Both the position numbers and the translations under genes were made by a program. Below are positions 20,616 to 28,513 of a stretch of 35,380 nucleotides of DNA, piece by piece. The stretch covers positions 1-35,380 of the forward strand of contig JASHYB010000080.1 of NCBI GenBank assembly GCA_030043255.1, read 5' to 3'. The DNA comes from Thermoplasmata archaeon. GTDB taxonomy: Archaea; Thermoplasmatota; Thermoplasmata; Lutacidiplasmatales; UBA184. The notes beneath the pieces were generated by a model. The model was given only the letters and a program-made list of their open reading frames with translations. It did no database searches and had not been told where the DNA came from. Numbering within the stretch: position 1 is the stretch's first letter; every line of letters starts with the position of its first letter.

Positions 20616-22451
20616 TCACGCCGGGATCGGGGCCGGTTCGACCGGCACCGCGGTCGCCTCGGCGGTGGCCTCGAGCGGCTCGTTGTAGAGGTGGCAGGCG
20701 ACCATGTGGTCCTCCCCCTGCTCCAGCGGGATCGGACGGACCTCCCGGCAGATCGGCATCGCGTACGGGCAGCGGGGGTGGAACCGGCAGCCGGGCGGGG
20801 GATGGATCAGGTTCGGGACCGAGCCGGGGATCGACGCGAGGTCCTTGCCCGGCTGGTCGAACCGGGGGATGGAGGCCAGCAGCCCCTGGGTGTACGGGTG
20901 CAGCGGCCGCCGGAACATCTCCTGGACGGTGCCGCGCTCGACGACCACCCCGGCGTACATCACGTTCACCCGGTCGCAGACCTCGGCGACGACGCCGAGG
21001 TCGTGGGTGATCAGGACGATCGCGGTCCCGACGCGCTCGCGCAGGTTGCGCATCAGCTCGAGGATCTGGGCCTGGATGGTCACGTCCAGCGCGGTCGTCG
21101 GCTCGTCCGCTAGCAACAGGCCGGGCTCGCTGGACAGTGCCATGGCGATCATCGCGCGCTGGAGCATGCCGCCGGAGAGCTCGTGCGGGTAGCCCTTGGC
21201 GACCTGCACCGGGTTGGCGATCCGCACCCCCTCCAGCAGCTCGACGGTGCGCCAGAACATCTCCTTCTTCAGCGGCTTTTCGAACCACCCGCGGATCCAC
21301 GGCAACCGCAGGTAGAAGTGCCCCCACCGCTCGAACAGCATCCGCACGCCGAGCCGGCGTCGCGCGAACGCCTGGCTCTTCTGCTGGACCATCTCGCGCA
21401 GGTAGACGTCCTTGAGCGCCTGCTCGAGGATCGCCAGCCGCCGGCGGTGGCGGAGGTAGCGCCGCTGCCAGCTGCTGAGATGGACCCGGAGCAGCGCGCG
21501 CTCGACGCGGCGCTGGCGGCGCGCGGCCCCCGGGCCCGCGTCGGCGAGCAGGTAGTACACCTCGGTGGCCAGCGTCGGCAGCCCGGCCCGATCGGCGAGC
21601 GCCTTCGCGGCGACCCTGAGCTCCTCCCGGTTCCCGGCGGCCGCCAGCACGGCGGCGATCTCCGCCGACGCCCAGGAGAGCCGCGAGCCCGGCTCGCCGG
21701 ACTCGTTGGTCAACTGCTCGTGACCGAGGTCCTTCGGCACGGCAAACGACGCGTCCGCCCGCAGCAGGCCCTCCAGGACCTCGACGCCGCGGTGCATCAG
21801 GACCGCCTCGCCGAGCTGGTCGGAGATGGAGAAGACCGGGTTCATCGCCTGCGACGGCTCCTGGAAGATCATGCCGACGCGCTTGCCCCGGACGGCGCTC
21901 ATCCGGTCGTTCGCCTCGCGGATGCGGCGGAACCGGCGCTTCACCTTCACGCGCCCGGTCTTGCCGATCTTGCGGAACTTCGCCTCGCGCTCGAGGCCCC
22001 AGAGCAGGTTCGCGCCGTTGACCAGGACCTTGCCGGAGATGACCATGCCGGGCTCGGCGATCAGCCGGGTGACGCTGAACGCGGTGACGCTCTTGCCGCA
22101 GCCGGTCTCGCCGACGATGCCGGTTGTCTCGCGGGCCCGCGCCTGCAGGTTGATCCCGTCGATCGCGCGGACGACGCCGTCGTAGGTGAAGAAGTAGGTC
22201 TTCAGGCCCTCGACGTCCAGCACGATGTCGTGGCCCGGCCGGTACCGGCTGGCCGGTCGCTCCTGCGGGGTCGCGGGCGCGCCGGCGACCGGCCGGGCGC
22301 TCGGCGCCGAACGCCGGGCCCCGCCGGCCCGGCTGAAGCCGAAGTCCCGGTGGCCGCGGCTCGGGCGGGACCTCGCGTACGGGGTCGTGTCGGTCTCGAC
22401 GGCCCCGTTGGTCGCGTTCAACGCCGGGGCCCCGCCTGCGGGACGGCCCAC
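20616..22451 (-). CDS. ABC transporter ATP-binding protein (OppD/DppD-like) with large internal insertions
   Basis: Motifs present: Walker [10 protein letters not shown]-loop MIFQEP, signature LSGGMLQR, Walker [14 protein letters not shown]-loop ITHDL. The Opp-type C-terminal region is [10 protein letters not shown]...[16 protein letters not shown]. An alternative start is GTG 22223 ([11 protein letters not shown]), but the 76-aa Arg/Pro/Ala-rich N-terminal extension has good GC3. Confidence 0.9.
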   Translation of the reverse strand: MGRPAGGAPALNATNGAVETDTTPYARSRPSRGHRDFGFSRAGGARRSAPSARPVAGAPATPQERPASRYRPGHDIVLDVEGLKTYFFTYDGVVRAIDGINLQARARETTGIVGETGCGKSVTAFSVTRLIAEPGMVISGKVLVNGANLLWGLEREAKFRKIGKTGRVKVKRRFRRIREANDRMSAVRGKRVGMIFQEPSQAMNPVFSISDQLGEAVLMHRGVEVLEGLLRADASFAVPKDLGHEQLTNESGEPGSRLSWASAEIAAVLAAAGNREELRVAAKALADRAGLPTLATEVYYLLADAGPGAARRQRRVERALLRVHLSSWQRRYLRHRRRLAILEQALKDVYLREMVQQKSQAFARRRLGVRMLFERWGHFYLRLPWIRGWFEKPLKKEMFWRTVELLEGVRIANPVQVAKGYPHELSGGMLQRAMIAMALSSEPGLLLADEPTTALDVTIQAQILELMRNLRERVGTAIVLITHDLGVVAEVCDRVNVMYAGVVVERGTVQEMFRRPLHPYTQGLLASIPRFDQPGKDLASIPGSVPNLIHPPPGCRFHPRCPYAMPICREVRPIPLEQGEDHMVACHLYNEPLEATAEATAVPVEPAPIPA

Positions 22452-22558
22452 CGTCGCAGCGCGGCGACGGTCGACCCACCTGGAACGGCGCCCGGTGCCT
22501 GGAACGAGGTCATATCCGCCGCCGCCCTCCCGGGGGCGGAACCCACGAACGCCCGGCT

Positions 22559-22579
22559 CCTATTTAGAACTTAAATAGG
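22559..22579. promoter_or_regulatory. AT-rich imperfect palindrome in the divergent intergenic region
   Basis: CCTATTTAGAACTTAAATAGG is the only AT-rich island in the 285-nt spacer. It may act as a TATA element in either direction or as an operator. Confidence 0.4.
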
Positions 22580-22695
22580 CCGTTCCCGCGCGGGAACGAG
22601 GTCCCGAAGTACCCGCGCGACGGGCGCCTTCCGTCGGGACCGCGGGCCCGCCGGAAGGGCAGCTTCCGGCGAGGGCCCGCTAGCCCTCCGACATA

Positions 22696-22706
22696 CCCTT
22701 AATACC
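22696..22706 (+). promoter_or_regulatory. TATA-like box for the YVTN gene
   Basis: CCCTTAATACC is centred about 36 nt upstream of ATG 22737. Confidence 0.45.
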
Positions 22707-22736
22707 GACTTCTGGCCTTCGGGGCCGACGGCATCG

Positions 22737-24707
22737 ATGCGGGCCTCCTCGCGCTGGCTGCGCGGCGGCGCCACCTTCGTGGCGGCCTTGCTCCTCCTGA
22801 CGGTGGGCGGGACCGCCGTCGGGCGGATCGCGAGCCTGCTGCCCGGCAGCGGCGCCGGGGCCTCCAACGGGCCCGCCGGCCTGCCGAGCGGCTACCGGAC
22901 CGTCGTGCCGACGGTGCTGAGCGGCCAGGTGGGGCTGGCCGTCGGGGTCGGCGGGGCCCCCGCGGGGGTCGTCTACGACCCGCGCGTCGCCTCGCTCTAC
23001 GTCGTGAACTCGGCGAGCGACAACGTCACGGTGCTGTCGGCGGTCAGCGGAACGGTCCTGGGCTCGGTCCCCGTCGGGAGCGACCCGGTCGGGATCGCCT
23101 ACGCCCCGCAGGTGCACGAGCTGTACGTCGCGAACTCCGGTTCGGACGACGTGACCGTGATCTCCGACGCCACCAACACGGTGGTGGCGACGATCCCGGT
23201 CGGCGTCGCGCCGGTGAGCCTGTACTACGACGCGTTCAACCGCGAGGTGTACGTCGCCGACTCCGGCTCGGCGAACCTCACGGTGATCTCCGCCGCCCAC
23301 GACAAGGTCGTCGGGAACGACTCGACCGGCGCCGGCCCGTCCGGCATCGCGTTCGTCCCCTCGACGCAGGAGCTGTTCGTCAGCGACGCGCTCGCCAACG
23401 CGGTCACCGTGCTGGGCGCCCGGGCCGGGCGGGTCCTGCACTCCATCCCGGTCGGCAGCGACCCGACCGGCGTCCTTTACGACCCGGTCGCGCGCGACGT
23501 CGTGGTCGCCGACTCGGAAGGGGCGCGGCTGTCGATCCTCTCCGGGGTGAGCGACGACCTGCTCGGCTCCGTGGGCCTCTCCAGCGACCCGGCCCAGGTC
23601 GTCCTGGACCCGTCGACCTCCGAGCTGTTCGTCTCCGACCCGGCGGCGGACAACCTGACCGTGCTCTCCGCGAAGAACTTCACCGTCATCGCCACCGTGC
23701 CCGTGGGGGTCTCCCCGCAGGGGCTCGCGTACGACAAGTCGGCCCACGAGATCGTGGTCGCCGACGCCGGGGCGAACGACGTCACCGAGATCTCCGACTC
23801 CACGCCGTCGGTCCTGCGCTCGCTCTCGGTCGGGCTGCTGCCGCAGGGGGACGCGTACGACTCCGGTGCCCACGAGGTGTTCGTCACCGACGCCGGCTCC
23901 GGCTCGGTCACGATCCTGAGCAGCCGCAGCGACAGCGTCGTGGCGACGCTGTCGGTCGGCTCGGACCCGGACGCGGCGACCTACGTCGCGGGGGAGCACG
24001 AGGTGTTTGTGGCGAACCTCGGCGCCGGCACCCTGAGCGTGATCTCCGACCAGAAGAACCAGGTGGTGGCGACGATCGACGTCGGCGGCGGACCGACCGC
24101 GCTCGCCTACGACCCGTCCACGCACGAGCTGTTCGTCGCCGACAGTCCAGTGAACAACGTGAGCGTCGTCTCGGTCGTCACCGACCAGGTGGTGGCGTCG
24201 GTGCCGGTCGGCATGACCCCCGAAGCGCTCGCCTACGACCCGTCCGGCCACGTGATGTATGTGGCGAACGTCGGCTCCTCCTCGCTCAGCTTGGTCGGCG
24301 GGTCCGCGAAGGCGCCCCGGGTCGAGGCGACCGTGTACATCGGGGGCGGTCCCTCGGCGCTGGCCTACGACAGCACCCAGCGGACGATGCTGGTCGCCTC
24401 CTACTCGAGCGGCAACATCTCGGAGATCGGCGGGCCGCAGCACGCGGTCCTGGCGACCTACTCGGTCGGCTCCGGCGCGGAGCCGGTCGGCCTGGCCTAC
24501 GACCCGGCGCAGCACGAGGTGTTCGTCGCCGACTCCGGGACGGAGAACGTCTCGGTGCTCTCGCTGCCCAGCGGCCGGGTGATCTCGCTGCTGGAGGTCG
24601 GCAGCGACCCGGAGGGGCTGGCCTACGACGCCCAGCAGGCGGAGATCTTCGTGACCACCTTCAACACCGGCAACGTGACGGTGCTGTCCGACACGATCCC
24701 GAAGTGA
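22737..24707 (+). CDS. YVTN-family beta-propeller repeat protein, secreted or membrane-anchored
   Basis: The 656-aa ORF has an N-terminal hydrophobic segment (ATFVAALLLLTVGGTAV). It then has 14 copies of a ~42-aa unit P.G.AYDP...ELYVAN.GS..VTVIS....VVATIPVG. Confidence 0.9.
   Translation: MRASSRWLRGGATFVAALLLLTVGGTAVGRIASLLPGSGAGASNGPAGLPSGYRTVVPTVLSGQVGLAVGVGGAPAGVVYDPRVASLYVVNSASDNVTVLSAVSGTVLGSVPVGSDPVGIAYAPQVHELYVANSGSDDVTVISDATNTVVATIPVGVAPVSLYYDAFNREVYVADSGSANLTVISAAHDKVVGNDSTGAGPSGIAFVPSTQELFVSDALANAVTVLGARAGRVLHSIPVGSDPTGVLYDPVARDVVVADSEGARLSILSGVSDDLLGSVGLSSDPAQVVLDPSTSELFVSDPAADNLTVLSAKNFTVIATVPVGVSPQGLAYDKSAHEIVVADAGANDVTEISDSTPSVLRSLSVGLLPQGDAYDSGAHEVFVTDAGSGSVTILSSRSDSVVATLSVGSDPDAATYVAGEHEVFVANLGAGTLSVISDQKNQVVATIDVGGGPTALAYDPSTHELFVADSPVNNVSVVSVVTDQVVASVPVGMTPEALAYDPSGHVMYVANVGSSSLSLVGGSAKAPRVEATVYIGGGPSALAYDSTQRTMLVASYSSGNISEIGGPQHAVLATYSVGSGAEPVGLAYDPAQHEVFVADSGTENVSVLSLPSGRVISLLEVGSDPEGLAYDAQQAEIFVTTFNTGNVTVLSDTIPK
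22959..24704 (+). repeat. 14 tandem ~126-nt coding repeats (YVTN blades)
   Basis: I counted the units by eye in the translation. They are protein-level repeats with diverged DNA. Confidence 0.8.
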
Positions 24708-24792
24708 GCTCCCGTGGGAACCCCCGCCAAGACGAGCCCGACGGGCGACGTGGACGCTGGGGGTAGGTCGCCGCGGGGCGGGAACGGACCGT

Positions 24793-25185
24793 TCAGACCG
24801 GGCCGTCGCCCGGGGCGGCGTGTCGGGCGGGCCGCGAGACCGGCGCCGCCTCCTGGTCGGAGGCTTCCTCGTCCTCCGACGTCTCGGCGGCCTGGCGTTC
24901 CGCCTCGCACTGCTCCTCCGTGACCCACTCGAAGTCGACGTCCTCCGGATGGTCGTGCGAGATGAACGCCCCGGCCTCGAAGGCGCTGGAGATGATCTCC
25001 TCCAGCTTCTCGGACTCGTGCGCGCCGAACGATCCGACCAGGCGCCAGAACCAGTCCGGGGCCTTGCCGGCGGCCTGCAGGAACTCCGTCACGAGGTCGT
25101 AGTAGGTCGCCCGGGGGTCGGTCAGGTGAACGTGGATGTGGCGGTCGTGGTGGCCGTCGGTCGAGTTGGACTCCGCGCGCGCCAT
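24793..25185 (-). CDS. small acidic hypothetical protein
   Basis: This is the frame of ORF 24793..25215. I prefer ATG 25185 (MARAESNSTDGHHDRHIHVH...) because a TATA-like GGTTATAGTG at 25213-25222 lies about 33 nt upstream of it, while ATG 25215 falls inside that box. The C-terminus is Glu/Asp-rich. Confidence 0.55.
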   Translation of the reverse strand: MARAESNSTDGHHDRHIHVHLTDPRATYYDLVTEFLQAAGKAPDWFWRLVGSFGAHESEKLEEIISSAFEAGAFISHDHPEDVDFEWVTEEQCEAERQAAETSEDEEASDQEAAPVSRPARHAAPGDGPV

Positions 25186-25466
25186 GGGTTCCGGGGTCGA
25201 AGAACGGGGGCTCACTATAACCCTTCGCGGAGCGCGGCGGGTCCCGCCCGGTGCGCCGGCGTCCCGGCCGAGGCCGGGGGCCCGCGCCGAAGAGCTGCCC
25301 TCCGTCTCCCGCCCGGTCCTTCCCGCGCCGTGGACCCGGTCCGGCCCCTGCCGGGGCCCGGGCCAGCGAGAAGGGGGTGCCTGCCAGGGCTGGGCCAGAC
25401 GCTCCCCCGCCAGGGTCCGAGAGGCACTTGGTATCCCTGCCGGAGACGGTAACCTTTGGCTGAAGG

Positions 25467-25475
25467 TTTTAATAT
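25467..25475 (+). promoter_or_regulatory. TATA box for the Asn-rich protein gene
   Basis: TTTTAATAT is centred about 36 nt upstream of ATG 25507. An SD-like AGGTGGG lies at 25497-25503. Confidence 0.5.
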
Positions 25476-25506
25476 GGGTATGTCATGGGCACGCACAGGT
25501 GGGCTG

Positions 25507-26592
25507 ATGCGTCGAGAGAGTCATCGACGAAGGGGAGTGTTTAGAGCGAGCTCGGGCGGCTGGGGCCACCGGGCGGTCTATGTCGGGGCCATCGTGGCCT
25601 CGGCGGCGCTGATTGCCGGGTTCGGCGCGGCGTTGCTCGTGTACGGACCGCTGGGGACTCCGCTGCGCCAGCTCGGGGGATCTACGCTGAACGTGCCTCC
25701 GACCGGGATCGTCTTCGGGAACGAGAGCATTGCGCTGGCGAGCCAGCTCGCGGGCAATTCCTCGTGGAACTGGACGGTCAACAACACCACGGGCGGCTTC
25801 AACGGCCCGTGTAACACGTCGGGTATCCTGAACTACAACGGTACCTACTTCGCTGGGGTCAACAACAACAGCAGCGCGCAGAACCTGTCGGCGGCCGGGA
25901 ACAGCACCACGACGGTGTGCCTGAACTCGGTCAACAACGGGGTCCTGAACGCGACGTGGTACAACTCGACGGTCAACGGGAGCGCGTTCATCTTCAACTC
26001 GTACAACGCGACCAACTGGCTGCCGACGGGGTCGTACTACAACAACACGGTCGCCAACATCTCGGCGTGCAACAACAACACGTTGTACAAGGAGATCAAC
26101 CTGACCTACGACAGCTACATCCCGTGCGACACGTACTTCGAGCAGAACAACAACACGACGTACCTGACGAGCCCCAGCGGCTCGGGGAACGCCACGGGCG
26201 GGTACAACAACTCGACCCTGTGGTCTCCGAACCAGACGGGCTACGCGCCGGGTGACGTGATCTTCAACGTGCCGGTGATCTTCACGAACGCGTCGCGCAA
26301 CGGGACGTACGCCATCGCGATCGACATCGAGGGTGCGATGCCGGTGGCGCAGGTGTTCTACATCAACGACTCGATCGGGAACACGACCGTCCAGAACGAC
26401 ACGGTCCTGTTCACGTTCGACATGACGGCGGCGTGGTTGGTCGACCTGTCGGTCGCCAACAACACCACGACCTACAACACGTCGTCTCTGGCGATCTACG
26501 GATCGATCGGGCTGGTCAGCTCGATCATCACGGAGTGCGCCACGGGGGCGCTCGGCCAGGCGGTCTGCCCGGTCGCGACCCCGGTCGTCTAA
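25507..26592 (+). CDS. N-terminally anchored, extremely Asn-rich extracellular protein (predicted heavily N-glycosylated)
   Basis: This is the frame of ORF 25456..26592. The earlier ATGs lie inside or next to the TATA box, so I take ATG 25507. A TM helix (AVYVGAIVASAALIAGFGAALLV) is followed by about 300 aa with about 33 N-x-S/T sequons by hand count. Confidence 0.8.
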   Translation: MRRESHRRRGVFRASSGGWGHRAVYVGAIVASAALIAGFGAALLVYGPLGTPLRQLGGSTLNVPPTGIVFGNESIALASQLAGNSSWNWTVNNTTGGFNGPCNTSGILNYNGTYFAGVNNNSSAQNLSAAGNSTTTVCLNSVNNGVLNATWYNSTVNGSAFIFNSYNATNWLPTGSYYNNTVANISACNNNTLYKEINLTYDSYIPCDTYFEQNNNTTYLTSPSGSGNATGGYNNSTLWSPNQTGYAPGDVIFNVPVIFTNASRNGTYAIAIDIEGAMPVAQVFYINDSIGNTTVQNDTVLFTFDMTAAWLVDLSVANNTTTYNTSSLAIYGSIGLVSSIITECATGALGQAVCPVATPVV

Positions 26593-26615
26593 GCGGGACC
26601 CAGCTGAAAGGCACC

Positions 26616-26665
26616 CCGCCCCCGGCAACGGGGGCGGAACCCCTTCCTTCCTTTCTCTTATCTTC
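26616..26665 (+). terminator. GC hairpin plus pyrimidine/T-rich tract
   Basis: The hairpin CCGCCCCCG-gcaa-CGGGGGCGG (26616-26637) is followed by cccttccttcctttctcttatcttc. It begins 24 nt after the stop of the Asn-rich gene. Confidence 0.55.
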
Positions 26666-26915
26666 GGAGCACCGTGAGCGACGGTACCGGTCGAGGGCGG
26701 TCGATGCTCGCGCGAGCTCGAGGTCGGAGATCCGTCGGCCCCTCTCGCCGTAGCCCCCCGTGGCCGCCCGGGGGTCCCGACCTCAACCGATATCAGGAGC
26801 TATCCCCTAGGCTGGCTGTGCCGAACGCCCGCGGAACCCGGCCCGTTGGCTCGAGCCGGCGACTCCGCGGCCAGGGCCCGCGGAGCGGACCTGTGGCGAG
26901 CGTAGGGGGGATCTG

Positions 26916-27242
26916 ATGGCCCGCGACGACGACAACGAGCCGAGGCGTCCCTGGAAGGGCTGGCACGTCGTCGGGCGCTTCCTGCCGATGGTCGTGTTGG
27001 GAGCGGTGTTCATCGTCCTGGGGATCGCGCTGCGCGCCCCCCGTCACGGGACCTCCTTCGGGATCCTGTTCATCTGGGTGGGGGGCATCCTGGTCGTCGC
27101 CGCCGTCCTCGGGATGATGTTCACCCGTTGCCCGCTGGACTACGAGACCCGCTGGGTCGCCTGCGCCCAGGAGCCGGATGTGGTCCGGCGGCGCGGGGGG
27201 GGCTACCACCGCCGCCTGAGCGTTCCGCCCGACGAGGAGTGA
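26916..27242 (+). CDS. small membrane protein with two predicted TM helices
   Basis: The 108-aa ORF has hydrophobic stretches FLPMVVLGAVFIVLGIAL and FGILFIWVGGILVVAAVLGMMF. A GGGGGG run lies 6 nt upstream of the ATG. Confidence 0.6.
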   Translation: MARDDDNEPRRPWKGWHVVGRFLPMVVLGAVFIVLGIALRAPRHGTSFGILFIWVGGILVVAAVLGMMFTRCPLDYETRWVACAQEPDVVRRRGGGYHRRLSVPPDEE

Positions 27243-28165
27243 GCGGGACGAGCTCCGGGGGCCCCGGGCCCCCACCACCGGTAGGGACCTCCACGGAGAG
27301 CGTGGACTCCCCGCTCCTGATCGTCCTAAGCGAGCCCGACCCGGTAGCTCGCGCGGTCGCGGGCCGCTGGGAGGGGGCGGCGGCGACCGGCGAACACGTG
27401 GACGGCGCGTCGGTCCGCTGGCTGGGCGCCGGGCGGCGGTACGTGCGACGTCCGACCCTCCATCTAGAGGACGACGCGCTCGAGCTCCGGCTGCCGGCCG
27501 GCCTCCGCGCCGAGCGTCCGACCCTGGTCTTCCCGTCGATCCACCGCAGCGCCAGCGGGCTGCGCTGCTTCACGGTCCACCCGCTGGGGAACCTCGGCCC
27601 CACGGCCGACGTCGGCGGCCGACCCCGCACGGTCAGCCCGTGTCCCCCGCGCGCGATGGCCGCGGCGCTGCGCGAGCTGATGCGGCGGGGCAGCGCGCTC
27701 GGGATTCCGGCGACGTACGAGGCGACCCACCACGGTCCCGAGCTCGGGCTGCCGGCGTTCTTCGTCGAGGTCGCGGTCGCCGAGGGAGCGCGTCCGACCG
27801 CCGAGGAGGTCGAGGAGCTCGCCGGGGCGATCGTCGCGCTGCAGCCCGAGCCCACCGACCGGGTCGCGCTGGCGGTCGGAGGGGGGCACTACGCCCCGCG
27901 CTTCACCGACCTGGCGAGGACCCGCCGCTGGGCGTTCGGACACATCCTGTCCAAGCACGCTCTGGAGGAGATCGACGCCGCCACGGTCCGCGCGGCGTTC
28001 GCGGCCACCGTCGGGGCCGAAGGGGTCCTCTACGCCCGGGCCTCCGACCGCGGTCACGCGGCGCTCGCGTCGATCGGACCGGACCTGAAGGAGGGGGACG
28101 CCCCTCGACGGGCGGCCGGACCGATCGAGGTTACCGGCTCGAGCCTTCCGGCTTCTGGAACATGA
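27239..28165 (+). CDS. dtdA: D-aminoacyl-tRNA deacylase, archaeal type (DtdA)
   Basis: This is the frame of ORF 27128..28165. Family landmarks: LIVLSEPDPVA, FPSIHRSASGLRCFTVHPLGN, ATYEATHHGP, FFVEV, AVGGGHYAPRFT and FGHILSKH. The start is either GTG 27239, overlapping the upstream stop as GTGA, or GTG 27302 (VDSPLLIVLS). Confidence 0.85.
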   Translation: MSGTSSGGPGPPPPVGTSTESVDSPLLIVLSEPDPVARAVAGRWEGAAATGEHVDGASVRWLGAGRRYVRRPTLHLEDDALELRLPAGLRAERPTLVFPSIHRSASGLRCFTVHPLGNLGPTADVGGRPRTVSPCPPRAMAAALRELMRRGSALGIPATYEATHHGPELGLPAFFVEVAVAEGARPTAEEVEELAGAIVALQPEPTDRVALAVGGGHYAPRFTDLARTRRWAFGHILSKHALEEIDAATVRAAFAATVGAEGVLYARASDRGHAALASIGPDLKEGDAPRRAAGPIEVTGSSLPASGT

Positions 28166-28388
28166 TCGCCCCGGAACGGTAGACCGCCCGGCCCAGCTTC
28201 AGCGACTGGGTCGACGCCATCGACGGGGTGCGCTCGGCCAGCATCAGGCTCTCCACGATCTGGCGGAACAGGGCGCTCTGGTTGATCTCGGGGTGTCGGT
28301 CGAGGAACGCCGACTCTTCGGGCGTGATGGTGATGTTCTTGCGCAGCATTCCCGGGGGCGTCACGACAGGTCGGGCTCGCGCGGGCAT
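28131..28388 (-). CDS. small ribbon-helix-helix-like protein (putative DNA-binding)
   Basis: The 85-aa ORF contains KNITITPEESAFLDRHPEINQSALFRQIVESLM, which fits a strand-helix-helix pattern. A TATA box at 28408-28418 is centred 25 nt upstream of ATG 28388, consistent with a leaderless start. The 3' end overlaps the dtdA 3' end. Confidence 0.55.
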   Translation of the reverse strand: MPARARPVVTPPGMLRKNITITPEESAFLDRHPEINQSALFRQIVESLMLAERTPSMASTQSLKLGRAVYRSGAIMFQKPEGSSR

Positions 28389-28407
28389 GGCAGGGGGTAC
28401 GGGTTAC

Positions 28408-28418
28408 CTGTATAAATG
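28408..28418 (-). promoter_or_regulatory. TATA box for the RHH-like gene
   Basis: The minus strand reads CATTTATACAG. Confidence 0.55.
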
Positions 28419-28513
28419 CGTATGAGTGCGCACGCTGCAGGGTCGGCGCTACGGCTCGACCCCCGGCTGGGCGACGGTGGGAGGGCGAGCTCGCCGGTCG
28501 CGCAAGCCGGAGC

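Noticed and set aside
20473-22479. 668-aa minus-strand ORF and the plus-strand ORF 21183..22574 over the ATPase gene
   Set aside because: Both have Arg/Gly/Pro-rich composition. Only the 20616..22451 frame contains the Walker A, Q-loop, signature, Walker B and H-loop motifs in the correct order.
22680-24515. 611-aa minus-strand ORF antisense to the YVTN gene
   Set aside because: It is an Arg/Asp/Gly/Val-rich shadow. The plus frame shows 14 regular YVTN units.
22959-24704. Regular ~126-nt periodicity that might suggest a CRISPR-like or satellite array
   Set aside because: The periodicity is at the protein level (beta-propeller blades). The DNA copies are diverged and lie within one continuous ORF. 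There is no identical-repeat/unique-spacer structure, and there are no cas genes.
25483-26628. 381-aa minus-strand ORF antisense to the Asn-rich gene
   Set aside because: It is an Arg/Val/Asp-rich shadow. AAC codons read as GTT on the opposite strand, which produces Val-rich nonsense.
26674-27278. ORFs 26674..26916 (+) and 26793..27278 (-) in and around the spacer
   Set aside because: They have no GC3 bias and low-complexity Arg/Gly/Pro composition. The minus-strand ORF is antisense to the plausible two-TM gene at 26916..27242.
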